From Candidatus Eiseniibacteriota bacterium (GTDB lineage: Bacteria > Eisenbacteria > RBG-16-71-46), in assembly GCA_963707915.1 (NCBI GenBank), contig OY970178.1, positions 1,536,001-1,600,000 on the forward strand: a DNA stretch of 64,000 nucleotides. Reading direction: 5' to 3'. Of this stretch, positions 56,772-64,000 are shown piece by piece (the stretch's first letter is position 1; every line of letters starts with the position of its first letter). The notes below the pieces were generated by a model. That model had not been told where the DNA came from and did no database searches. It saw only the letters and a program-made list of their open reading frames with translations. The translations under genes were made by a program, and so were the position numbers.

Positions 56772-57027
56772 GCCGCACTCCAGACGATGAGTAGCCAACT
56801 CTAAAGACGCCAGGAGAGCCAACCTTGACGAGGTGGAAAAGGCCACGTGGACTCATGGCCTGGGCTAGGCGGAGAGCCTCCTCAGGCGTCGGCGCGTGGA
56901 ACGCTTCCTCCGATTGAACGTCTATTGCTGCGTACTGGCCCGGGAACTGAGCCTCGTACGTTTCCTGGTACTTGGTGGCGTAAATTTGAGCGCCTCGATC
57001 GGCGATTGTCTTGGGGTCGATCGGCAT
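56746..57027 (-). CDS. Small DUF5678-like protein
   Basis: FPGQYAAID...EEALRLA...HLVKVG; AGGAGG SD; overlaps protease start. Confidence 0.7.
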   Translation of the reverse strand: MPIDPKTIADRGAQIYATKYQETYEAQFPGQYAAIDVQSEEAFHAPTPEEALRLAQAMSPRGLFHLVKVGSPGVFRVGYSSSGVRHGDWIFGR

Positions 57028-57283
57028 GACGGCTCGCCCTCCTACCGGGGAGTTATCGGTGGCCTTGGAGGACAAGTAAACCACGGATTTCCTAGTTCAA
57101 CAAGCAGCCCCTACCTAGCGGACTCAAGCCCCCAGGGCGGCGATTTCCTGCACGGCCAAAAGGTGATTGGATCACGCTCGCAGCCATGGTTGGAGTCACC
57201 CGCAGAGTCTGGTGGATGCGTGCAAGGTTGTAGGCCATGAAGTGCACGGCCACCGGCGCGGCGTGGTTCTCGACTCGCAGTCA

Positions 57284-57315
57284 CGCGCGCCTACGCTGGG
57301 AAGAATAGGCGCGCG
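57284..57315. other. Inverted repeat in the divergent intergenic region
   Basis: CGCGCGCCTA (57284-57293) / TAGGCGCGCG (57306-57315), 12-nt loop. Confidence 0.5.
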
Positions 57316-57594
57316 CGACCATTGGAACCCCGCGATCTGAGGCAGCTCGCGCACTGGGAGGCAATTCGAGATGGCATCGCCGGCGAGGACAAGGAAACGT
57401 CCCACGTCTCCTAGGCAAAGGCAGAGGGCTCACCAAGCATCCGATTCTCCCAGCGCCGGTGGCAGCTCCTCGCCGAACCGTGGGCGAAGAGAAGAACTCC
57501 GCAACACGCTGCAGTACGAGCGCCTTTCCGGATGGTGAAAAACGATGGCTTCTGACCTGGGAGGACGTTCGCCGCATTAGGCACAATCCGGGCC

Positions 57595-57620
57595 CCAGAG
57601 TCGAACACCAGAGTCGAACA
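57595..57620 (+). repeat. Perfect 13-bp tandem repeat x2
   Basis: CCAGAGTCGAACA at 57595-57607 and 57608-57620. Confidence 0.85.
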
Positions 57621-57622
57621 AC

Positions 57623-58762
57623 TTGCAGCAAGGAGGTACTTCCGCGATTCTCGATATAAGCGTCCGGGATGGCGAATCCGTGCAGACGGCAGGCCGAACG
57701 TCTGCTGCCTTCGTCAAGCCACAGCGACTCAGGAGGCTGGAGGGTCTCGTGTCGAGAATTGTCTCGCCCTATCCCTCGCTGATCGGCCGGGCTGAGACCT
57801 CGCCCGAGAAGGTCCTCTATCGCGGCATGATCAGCCGCTTTGTCGAGTCCCTGATCCTGCATGCGTGGGGTATCAGCGCGCCTCTTGAGTTCGGCTGGTG
57901 GGCGTTCGCGATCAACCAGCAGACTCCCGCGACCGATCCTCGTGTCATTGTCTACCAAACCGCGAGGTCGCGCCTTGCTTCGCTCTGGCCGGGGCCAGCC
58001 TCAGTCGGACAATTGAGAGCGTTCCAGATCATCTGGTCCGGTGGGCATTGCCAGCTTCGAATCAACCGCCAGGTCCGGGGCAAGTTGACCGGCAGACTGG
58101 AAACGAATCCGAAGGACGGGGCGAAGCCCTGTATGCAGCTACTCTTCGGGTTGCAGCCCGACGAGCCGGATGATGCCGGTCAGTACACCGTGTTCGAATG
58201 GCAGCGTGCCGATGGGCTGAGTGCCATCATCTTCTGGGATCTGGTCCAGCCTATCGTCCGCGGGCATTCACCTGCTGAGGTGGAAGGCATCATCCGACGG
58301 ACGCTGCCGCCGGGTGGTCCACGACGACGCTGGGCTGGGCTCGTGAAGCGTACCTCGGTGGACGAGATTCCGAGCATGTACTGGCAAGCAGCGATCGGGG
58401 CCACGGGCTGGCGGAGCATTGCCTCGCGTACCCTTGAGAGGCTTGAGACGTCCGTACGCGCGGGCGAGCCGTCCCGGAAGACGAATCTCAGCTCAGTTCC
58501 GCTTGAAGATGCGGAGTCCGCTGACTCCAGCGGGGGGGATTCCGTCCAGGCTAGCCCGTCAGGCCGCGAGGGGGACGACAGGCGGATTGACATCGAGCGG
58601 GCTGTCGGTGAACTCAGCCAGCGGGACCAGCGGATCCTCCGCATGTACGGTGAGGGGTACACCGATGAAGAGATTGGCAGTGTCCTCCACGTCAGCCACC
58701 AGGCAGTGAACAAGACGCGCCAGAAAGCGAACCTGAGGTTGCGCAACTTGCTGAGTAGCTGA
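57623..58762 (+). CDS. Protein with C-terminal sigma-70 region 4 HTH (start uncertain)
   Basis: DIERAVGELSQRDQRILRMY.EGYTDEEIG..L.VSHQAVNK. Confidence 0.75.
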   Translation: MQQGGTSAILDISVRDGESVQTAGRTSAAFVKPQRLRRLEGLVSRIVSPYPSLIGRAETSPEKVLYRGMISRFVESLILHAWGISAPLEFGWWAFAINQQTPATDPRVIVYQTARSRLASLWPGPASVGQLRAFQIIWSGGHCQLRINRQVRGKLTGRLETNPKDGAKPCMQLLFGLQPDEPDDAGQYTVFEWQRADGLSAIIFWDLVQPIVRGHSPAEVEGIIRRTLPPGGPRRRWAGLVKRTSVDEIPSMYWQAAIGATGWRSIASRTLERLETSVRAGEPSRKTNLSSVPLEDAESADSSGGDSVQASPSGREGDDRRIDIERAVGELSQRDQRILRMYGEGYTDEEIGSVLHVSHQAVNKTRQKANLRLRNLLSS

Positions 58763-58836
58763 CAGCTACGGGAATCTGCAGAGCCACGGTTGCAAAGTCG
58801 GCCCATCGCACCCCTCTCCCAGGTAAGGAGGGTGAG

Positions 58837-59166
58837 ATGGGCCACTTCATTTTGAGGCTGTTCCCCGACGGAAGAGTCGAGCAGTCAGTCCACGCGAGGA
58901 CTTGGAAGGAGCGCGAGGAACTGATCGCATTCGGCCTCTATCTCCAGCCTGGATTGGCCGCGTTGGATGTCTCGGCTCGGGTCTGGCGCGACTTCGCCAT
59001 CCCGACCAGGCCCACTAGAGGACTTGCCCGGGGTGTGCTCGGGGCGGCGGATTCCAGCGGCAGGCGTGCGCGGCAGCGCGGAAGAGCAAACCAGTTGCAG
59101 GTGCGACTCGGCGAGATCTCGCACAAACGGCCAAAGGCCGGCGTCGCCGCAGAGGGGGCAAGCTGA
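58837..59166 (+). CDS. Hypothetical protein of the element core
   Basis: AAGGAGG SD; stop overlaps Prim-Pol start (TGATG). Confidence 0.6.
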   Translation: MGHFILRLFPDGRVEQSVHARTWKEREELIAFGLYLQPGLAALDVSARVWRDFAIPTRPTRGLARGVLGAADSSGRRARQRGRANQLQVRLGEISHKRPKAGVAAEGAS

Positions 59167-61073
59167 TGGCAACCACCGGGCAGTCCCAGAACGAAGAGGG
59201 CGAGCGGGCTGCACATGCCAATGAGCAGGGAGAGAGCCCTTACGTGCACGGCGAGGACAGCCCCGTGCTCGCAGCGGCACTCAACTACACAGCAAGGGGA
59301 TGGCGCGTTATCCCGGTGAACGGCAAGAGGCCGCTCACGCCACATGGGTACCAGGACGGCGCCACGGAAGAGTCGGTGATTCGCGCCTGGTGGACCACGT
59401 GGCCGGCTGCTGGCGTCGCTATCGTCGTCGGGCCCGAGTCTGGGCTCTCGGTAGTGGACATCGATCCACGCAATGGCGGTAGCGCCACGCTCGAGGCCCT
59501 GCGAGCCCAGCACGGCCTCCTCCCTGAGACCCTCACCGTCAGGACCGGAGGCGACGGGCTGCACCTCTACTTCCGCTACCACCCCCGCGCCGGGCGGCGC
59601 TTGCTCGGGCCCGGGGTCGAGATGAAGGGTGCGGGTGGCTACGTCGTCGCTCCGCCAAGCCCACACCCCAGCGGTGGCACGTACAAGTGGAGTGGCCCCG
59701 AGGATGCGCTGCTGGCCGAGTTGCCTGAGTGGATGCTGGATGATCGGTCGACCGCGTCCGCGGGAGCTCAGCCGCTTCCCAAGAGGATCCCAGAAGGCGA
59801 ACGCCACCGCGCACTGACCTCCCTCGCCGGCAGTATGCGCAGGCGCGATGCCCCGCCCCATGCGATCCAGGCCGCGCTCGCAATCGTCAATCTCGAACGC
59901 TGCGAACCACCACTCTCAGATCCTGAGGTGGCCGGCATTACCAGCTCTGTCGCGCTCTACCCCGCACCCCCACCGACGGAGCCGCGCGGGGGGCTCGAGG
60001 TAGCCGTGCCACCCGGCCAGACTCATTCCGCCGCAACTATAGGTACGAGTTCCGGCAGAGAGAATCTCAGGTTCCGGACCGCCAAGGAGGTCGCGTCGAT
60101 GACGGGCGGCGAGGTGTCCTGGATTGCCGAGCCCTGGGTTGCCCGAGGCTCCATCACGGAGCTAGCTGGGAAGGTCAAGCAGGCGGGCAAGACCACGCTC
60201 CTCGCCCATCTGGTCGCAGCAGTCCTCGATGGTTGCGAGTTCCTCGGCAGGCCGACAACTCGGACGCCCGTCTTCTGGCTCACGGAGCAAAATCCGACCA
60301 GCTTCCGCCAGGTGCTCCGGCGCGCGGGCCTCCTGAATCGAGACGACCTCCATGTCCTGTTTTGGCACGAGACGCTCGGCATCCCGTGGGAAGAAGTCGT
60401 GAGGGCCGTTCTTGCAGAAGCCCAGCGCCAGGGTGCAGGCCTTCTCGCCGTCGATACTCTCGGGCAATTCGCCGGCCTGAAGGGGGACACCGAGAACTCG
60501 TCGGGAGACGCTTTGGCGGCGATCCAACCCCTGCAGGCCGCGGCGGCAGCAGGCCTTGGGATTCTGGTGAATCGTCACGAGCGGAAGGGCGGCGGTGAGG
60601 TTGGGGAATCGGGCCGGGGCTCGTCCGCCTTCTCTGGCGCGGTGGATGTCGTTCTGGTCCTTCGGCGCCCGGAGGGGCAGCCGCGGCCCACCATCCGCCA
60701 AATCGTCGCACTCTCGCGGTTCGACGAGACACCCCCCGAGCTCCTGATTGAGCTGCGAGCAGACGGTTACGTGGCCCTAGGCACGGCGAAGGACATCGCC
60801 CACCGGGAGGCCCGCCAGGCGATTCTGCGAGAAGCGCCAACGGACCAGGCGGACGCACTCACGATCGATGAACTACTCGAGCGGATCTCCGGGATGAAGC
60901 GCACCGTCGCCCAGAAAGCCCTGGCGGAGCTCGTCCAGGACTCGCTGCTGAGACGCATCGGTGCCGGTGTCAAAGGCGATGGCTACCGCTACCTCCGAGT
61001 TGCCATGGACACGGGGACTGACAGTGGCCGTCAGGATTCCTTCTGCCGGAACTCCATCACTGAGGAGGGCTGA
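59166..61073 (+). CDS. Bifunctional primase/polymerase + PriCT + RecA-like AAA helicase (element replicase)
   Basis: GWRVIP..GKRP, VVDID, TGGDGLHLYF, GYVVAPPS.H; IPEGERH..L; GKVKQAGKTT, AVDTL, RGSSAFSGAVD. Confidence 0.9.
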   Translation: MATTGQSQNEEGERAAHANEQGESPYVHGEDSPVLAAALNYTARGWRVIPVNGKRPLTPHGYQDGATEESVIRAWWTTWPAAGVAIVVGPESGLSVVDIDPRNGGSATLEALRAQHGLLPETLTVRTGGDGLHLYFRYHPRAGRRLLGPGVEMKGAGGYVVAPPSPHPSGGTYKWSGPEDALLAELPEWMLDDRSTASAGAQPLPKRIPEGERHRALTSLAGSMRRRDAPPHAIQAALAIVNLERCEPPLSDPEVAGITSSVALYPAPPPTEPRGGLEVAVPPGQTHSAATIGTSSGRENLRFRTAKEVASMTGGEVSWIAEPWVARGSITELAGKVKQAGKTTLLAHLVAAVLDGCEFLGRPTTRTPVFWLTEQNPTSFRQVLRRAGLLNRDDLHVLFWHETLGIPWEEVVRAVLAEAQRQGAGLLAVDTLGQFAGLKGDTENSSGDALAAIQPLQAAAAAGLGILVNRHERKGGGEVGESGRGSSAFSGAVDVVLVLRRPEGQPRPTIRQIVALSRFDETPPELLIELRADGYVALGTAKDIAHREARQAILREAPTDQADALTIDELLERISGMKRTVAQKALAELVQDSLLRRIGAGVKGDGYRYLRVAMDTGTDSGRQDSFCRNSITEEG

Positions 61074-61170
61074 ATGAACGTCCATGCCTTCGAACGCATC
61101 GGCGTCCTGACCGCGAAGCGGGGTCAATTCGTTCTGCCGGAACACGAGTTGGCGCGGCGGAGAGTGGCAA

Positions 61171-61530
61171 GTGGCTCAAACTGACCTCCTCGCCACCGAC
61201 GTAGAGCTGACCGCCTTGCTGGCTGACTCGGCACGTGCGGTTGGCGTTCCACCAGCGCGCGCGGCAGCAATGCTCGTGCGGCTCGCAGCCTTGCAGGTAG
61301 CGCTGGCTGCACAGCTGCAGGCGGCGCCTGTGGCGATCGCGCAGGTCGAGGAGCGCGCGGACACGGATCGGCTCCTGAACGTGCAGCAGGCGGCCGAGGT
61401 TCTCAACGTGACCGTGGGGTGGCTTTACCGCAAGGCGCCCAAGCTACCCTTCACCCGCAAGTTATCGGGCCGACTGCTGCGCTTCTCGGAGCGGGGAATG
61501 CAGGCTTGGGCGGGCAAACAGAGGCCTTGA
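61171..61530 (+). CDS. Excisionase/AlpA-like HTH protein
   Basis: RLLNVQQAAEVLNVTVGWLYR...LPF.RK..R.LRF; directly upstream of integrase. Confidence 0.8.
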   Translation: MAQTDLLATDVELTALLADSARAVGVPPARAAAMLVRLAALQVALAAQLQAAPVAIAQVEERADTDRLLNVQQAAEVLNVTVGWLYRKAPKLPFTRKLSGRLLRFSERGMQAWAGKQRP

Positions 61531-61672
61531 CTGTGCCGTCGCACCAGAGGGAATGGTCGTGACACCAGGTATGGCCTGGGGAATGTCGCAGCGGCCGCCG
61601 GCGAGCGGCGCGCCGACTGCGCGAGACGCATCGATCGAAGTAGTCCGGCCGGGCAGGCCAAAGGGAGTTGGA

Positions 61673-63016
61673 GTGGCGCCGAAGAAGAGGCGGAAGCGGA
61701 GGACCAAGGCGCCCAAGGCCCGCGGGATGGGGCGCACCTACCAGCGCGGCGAGATCTGGTGGGTGCAGTACTCCTTCCGGGGCAAGCTCTACCGCGAATC
61801 CTCGAAATCCGACAAGCAGGCAACGGCCGTGAGCCTCCTGCAGCTGCGGCAGGGGGAGATGGCACAAGGACGGCTTCCCAGGCTTGACGCCGAGAAGGTC
61901 ACCTTCAACGACTTGGTGGCCCTGATCGAGGCCGACTACGTCCAGAAGGGCAACCGGACCTGGTGGCGCGTTGAACGCTCCCTCCTGCACCTGCGCCCGG
62001 TGTTCGAGCACGTGCCGGCCGTGAGCATCGGCTACGGCAACGTCTCGCGCTACATCCAAGACCGGCTCAAGGCAGGCGCCGCACGTGGGACCGTGCACCA
62101 CGAGCTCGCGGCCTTGGGCCGGATGCTCAAGCTGGGCGTTATCGCCGGCCGGCTGCAGGTACGCCCTCCCCTGCCCCCCCTCAAGCTCGACAACGTGCGT
62201 AAGGGGTTCTTCACTGACGAAGAGGTCCGCCGCGTGCTCAACCACCTACCCGACTGGCATGCCCCTGCCATCGAGTTCGCTTGGCGAACTGGCTGGCGCA
62301 GCGGCGAGGTGAAGGGCCTCAGCTGGGCCCAAGTCGACTTTGCTGCCGGGACGGTGCGGCTCGAGCCGGGCACAACCAAGAACCGCGAGGGTCGGACCTT
62401 CCCCTTCGCGACGTTCCCCCCGTTGTCCGACCTCCTTCACCGTCAATGGGAGCGCACTCAGGCCTGGCAGCACGAGCACGGCCAGATCGTGCCGTGGGTC
62501 TTCTGGAAGGAGGGCCGCCAGCTCGGCGATCACCGCGACATCTGGATCGGCGCCTGCAGGAAGGCTGGCCTGCCCGGACGGCTGGTCCACGATCTGCGGC
62601 GCAGTGCCGTGCGCAACCTGGAGCGGGCTGGCGTGCCGCGCTCCTCGGCGATGAAGCTCACTGGCCATCTCACCGAGTCAGTCTACCGCCGCTACGCCAT
62701 CGTCTCCGAGGCGGATCTCGGCGAGGCCGTGCGCAAGCTCGCCACGTTTCAGCAGGCGCAAGTGAGCGCCTCACTGCGCCCGGAAGCGGCAACCAGCACA
62801 GTTCAAGCACAAATCGGCTGGCACCCAAGCGCGTCCCAAGACAATGACGCTTCGCCGCACGATCGCACCGCTACCGGAACTCACGGCGTGTCCGTCGATT
62901 GCGCGAGCGTCCTTTCCCCCGCAGCTCTTCCCGCCACGGTACCCGAGCTCCACGCCCACTGGAAGTTGAATCCCCCCAGCCTCCCGTCCACATCCAGCAT
63001 CTCGCCGCACAGGTAG
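61673..63016 (+). CDS. int: Tyrosine recombinase/integrase (GTG start at 61673 likely; ORF open from 61553)
   Basis: TGWRSGE (R), TTKN (K), HDLRR, LTGH, YRRY; N-terminal arm-binding-like region WWVQYSFRGK..RES. Confidence 0.95.
   Translation: MAPKKRRKRRTKAPKARGMGRTYQRGEIWWVQYSFRGKLYRESSKSDKQATAVSLLQLRQGEMAQGRLPRLDAEKVTFNDLVALIEADYVQKGNRTWWRVERSLLHLRPVFEHVPAVSIGYGNVSRYIQDRLKAGAARGTVHHELAALGRMLKLGVIAGRLQVRPPLPPLKLDNVRKGFFTDEEVRRVLNHLPDWHAPAIEFAWRTGWRSGEVKGLSWAQVDFAAGTVRLEPGTTKNREGRTFPFATFPPLSDLLHRQWERTQAWQHEHGQIVPWVFWKEGRQLGDHRDIWIGACRKAGLPGRLVHDLRRSAVRNLERAGVPRSSAMKLTGHLTESVYRRYAIVSEADLGEAVRKLATFQQAQVSASLRPEAATSTVQAQIGWHPSASQDNDASPHDRTATGTHGVSVDCASVLSPAALPATVPELHAHWKLNPPSLPSTSSISPHR
62791..62811 (+). 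promoter_or_regulatory. Putative integrase arm-type sites, right arm
   Basis: AACCAGCACA + CAGTTCAAGCACA, matching motifs at 22750-22773. Confidence 0.6.
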
Positions 63017-64000
63017 AGCGCCCCCGCCTTGCGCGACTCGAGCGTGCTCGCGTCCACTTCGTCGAGCGCCACGCCGCCGGCGGTGACCTCGGCCTTCTCG
63101 TAGCCCAGCGTGCCGTCCACGGGCAGGGGACGCGCGCAGAGGCGCTCGGCGAGCGCGGCGCGGTGCGCGCGGCCGGTCTGGCTCGCGTACCCGCCAGCGT
63201 CCACGCCGACCTCGGCGCAGAGCGCGAGCACGAGCCGGTCGGGCAGACGGCGGCCGAGCCAGTGCCGCACCTGCAGCCGCGGCTCGGGCGCGGCCTCCCG
63301 CCGCCAGGCGGCCAGCAGGCTCTCGCGGGTCTCGCCCGGCAGGAAGCTCGCGCTCACGGCGCGCTCGCCTCCGCCCTCGGCGCGCAGCCACGAGCGGGAG
63401 AGGTCGAGCGCCGCCGGGCCGGTGTAGCCGAAGTGCGCGAACAGGAACGAGCCGCGCACGGCCTCGACGCGCTTCCCTCCTGCCGCGAGCGTCAACTCCG
63501 CGTCCACCGTGACGCCCTGCAACTGCACGCACAGCGGATCGTCCGAGGTGAGCGGCGTGAGCGCGGGCACGGGGGCCACGATGGTGTGGCCGAGCGCCGC
63601 GGCCAGGGCGTAGCCGGTGCCGTCGCTGCCGGTGCGCGGGAACGAGAGCCCGCCGGTGGCGAGCACGACGGCGTCGGCCTCGATCCACCGGTCGGGCTCG
63701 GCCGCGGGCAGCGGCCAGCGCGTCGCCCCCACGGCGTGCGCGGCGGCGGAGAAGTCGCCGCCGGCGCGGACGGCTTGGATGCCGAGCCGCCAGCGGCCCG
63801 CCGCAGCCCCCGCACCGGCCGCGCCGGCCGAGCGCTCGAGCCTGACCACCCGCGCCCCGCCCTCGAGCGAGACGCCGGCGGCGGCCACCGCGCCGCGCAG
63901 CGCGTCGAGCACGGTCTGCGCGTCGTCGCTCTCCGGGAAGTACTTGCCGCTCTCCTCCAGCACGAGCGGCACGCCCAGCGACTCGAACCACTCGCGCGTC
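62881..64000 (-). CDS. HI0933/YhiN/BaiN-family flavoprotein (5' end outside window); integration target
   Basis: GKYFP, LATGGLSFP.TGSDGTGY, AEVTAGGV, GEMLDVDG.LGGFNFQWAWSSG. Confidence 0.92.
   Translation of the reverse strand, partial: TREWFESLGVPLVLEESGKYFPESDDAQTVLDALRGAVAAAGVSLEGGARVVRLERSAGAAGAGAAAGRWRLGIQAVRAGGDFSAAAHAVGATRWPLPAAEPDRWIEADAVVLATGGLSFPRTGSDGTGYALAAALGHTIVAPVPALTPLTSDDPLCVQLQGVTVDAELTLAAGGKRVEAVRGSFLFAHFGYTGPAALDLSRSWLRAEGGGERAVSASFLPGETRESLLAAWRREAAPEPRLQVRHWLGRRLPDRLVLALCAEVGVDAGGYASQTGRAHRAALAERLCARPLPVDGTLGYEKAEVTAGGVALDEVDASTLESRKAGALYLCGEMLDVDGRLGGFNFQWAWSSGTVAGRAAGERTLAQSTDTP
62950..62971 (+). repeat. att core, right copy (22-bp direct repeat)
   Basis: CCACGCCCACTGGAAGTTGAAT identical to 22615-22636. 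Confidence 0.95.

Larger units (their letters stand above)
22615..62971. mobile_element. ~40 kb integrative element (satellite/PICI-like core) carrying a defence island
   Basis: 22-bp terminal direct repeats, tyrosine integrase + excisionase + Prim-Pol at one end, visibly lower GC and different codon use than flanks. Confidence 0.93.

Noticed and set aside
57595..57620. 13-bp duplication as a frameshift splitting the sigma-like gene
   Set aside because: Removing one copy does not put the 57459 ORF in frame with the 57623 ORF

Overview
The window has two parts. (1) 1-22.6 kb and 62.97-64 kb are very GC-rich host chromosome: secretin 3' end, prepilin peptidase, FabH, phospholipase D, Flp pilin, a NadE-like/AsnB/AMP-ligase/ACP/GNAT/flippase surface-polysaccharide modification cluster (riddled with frameshifts, probably sequencing errors), YaeQ, Uup-type ABC-F, C69 dipeptidase, an FG-GAP/FlgD-Ig repeat protein and an HI0933/BaiN-family flavoprotein. 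(2) 22615-62971 is a ~40 kb integrated element bounded by a perfect 22-bp direct repeat (CCACGCCCACTGGAAGTTGAAT) lying inside the 3' end of the HI0933-family gene. The element supplies a recoded replacement 3' end for that gene, and its integrase ORF runs through the att core, so the integrase C-terminus differs between integrated and excised states. The element has a satellite/PICI-like core (sigma-70 region 4 protein, Prim-Pol/AAA replicase, excisionase, tyrosine integrase) with no capsid or conjugation genes recognised. Its cargo is mostly defence-like: a DISARM-related SNF2 + IIG-like methyltransferase + YprA/DUF1998 helicase operon with RmuC and a DUF6998 protein interleaved, an LRAT-like protein, Sir2-HerA, a TPR-Mrr nuclease, and a 1126-aa helical protein. 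The most unusual cargo is a translationally coupled operon joining a 2-keto-acid C3-methyltransferase and a PLP aminotransferase to a restriction-like nuclease fused to a putative sensor domain, followed by a phosphotransferase; this is the best candidate for an undescribed system. All family assignments come from motif recognition by eye; no searches were run.
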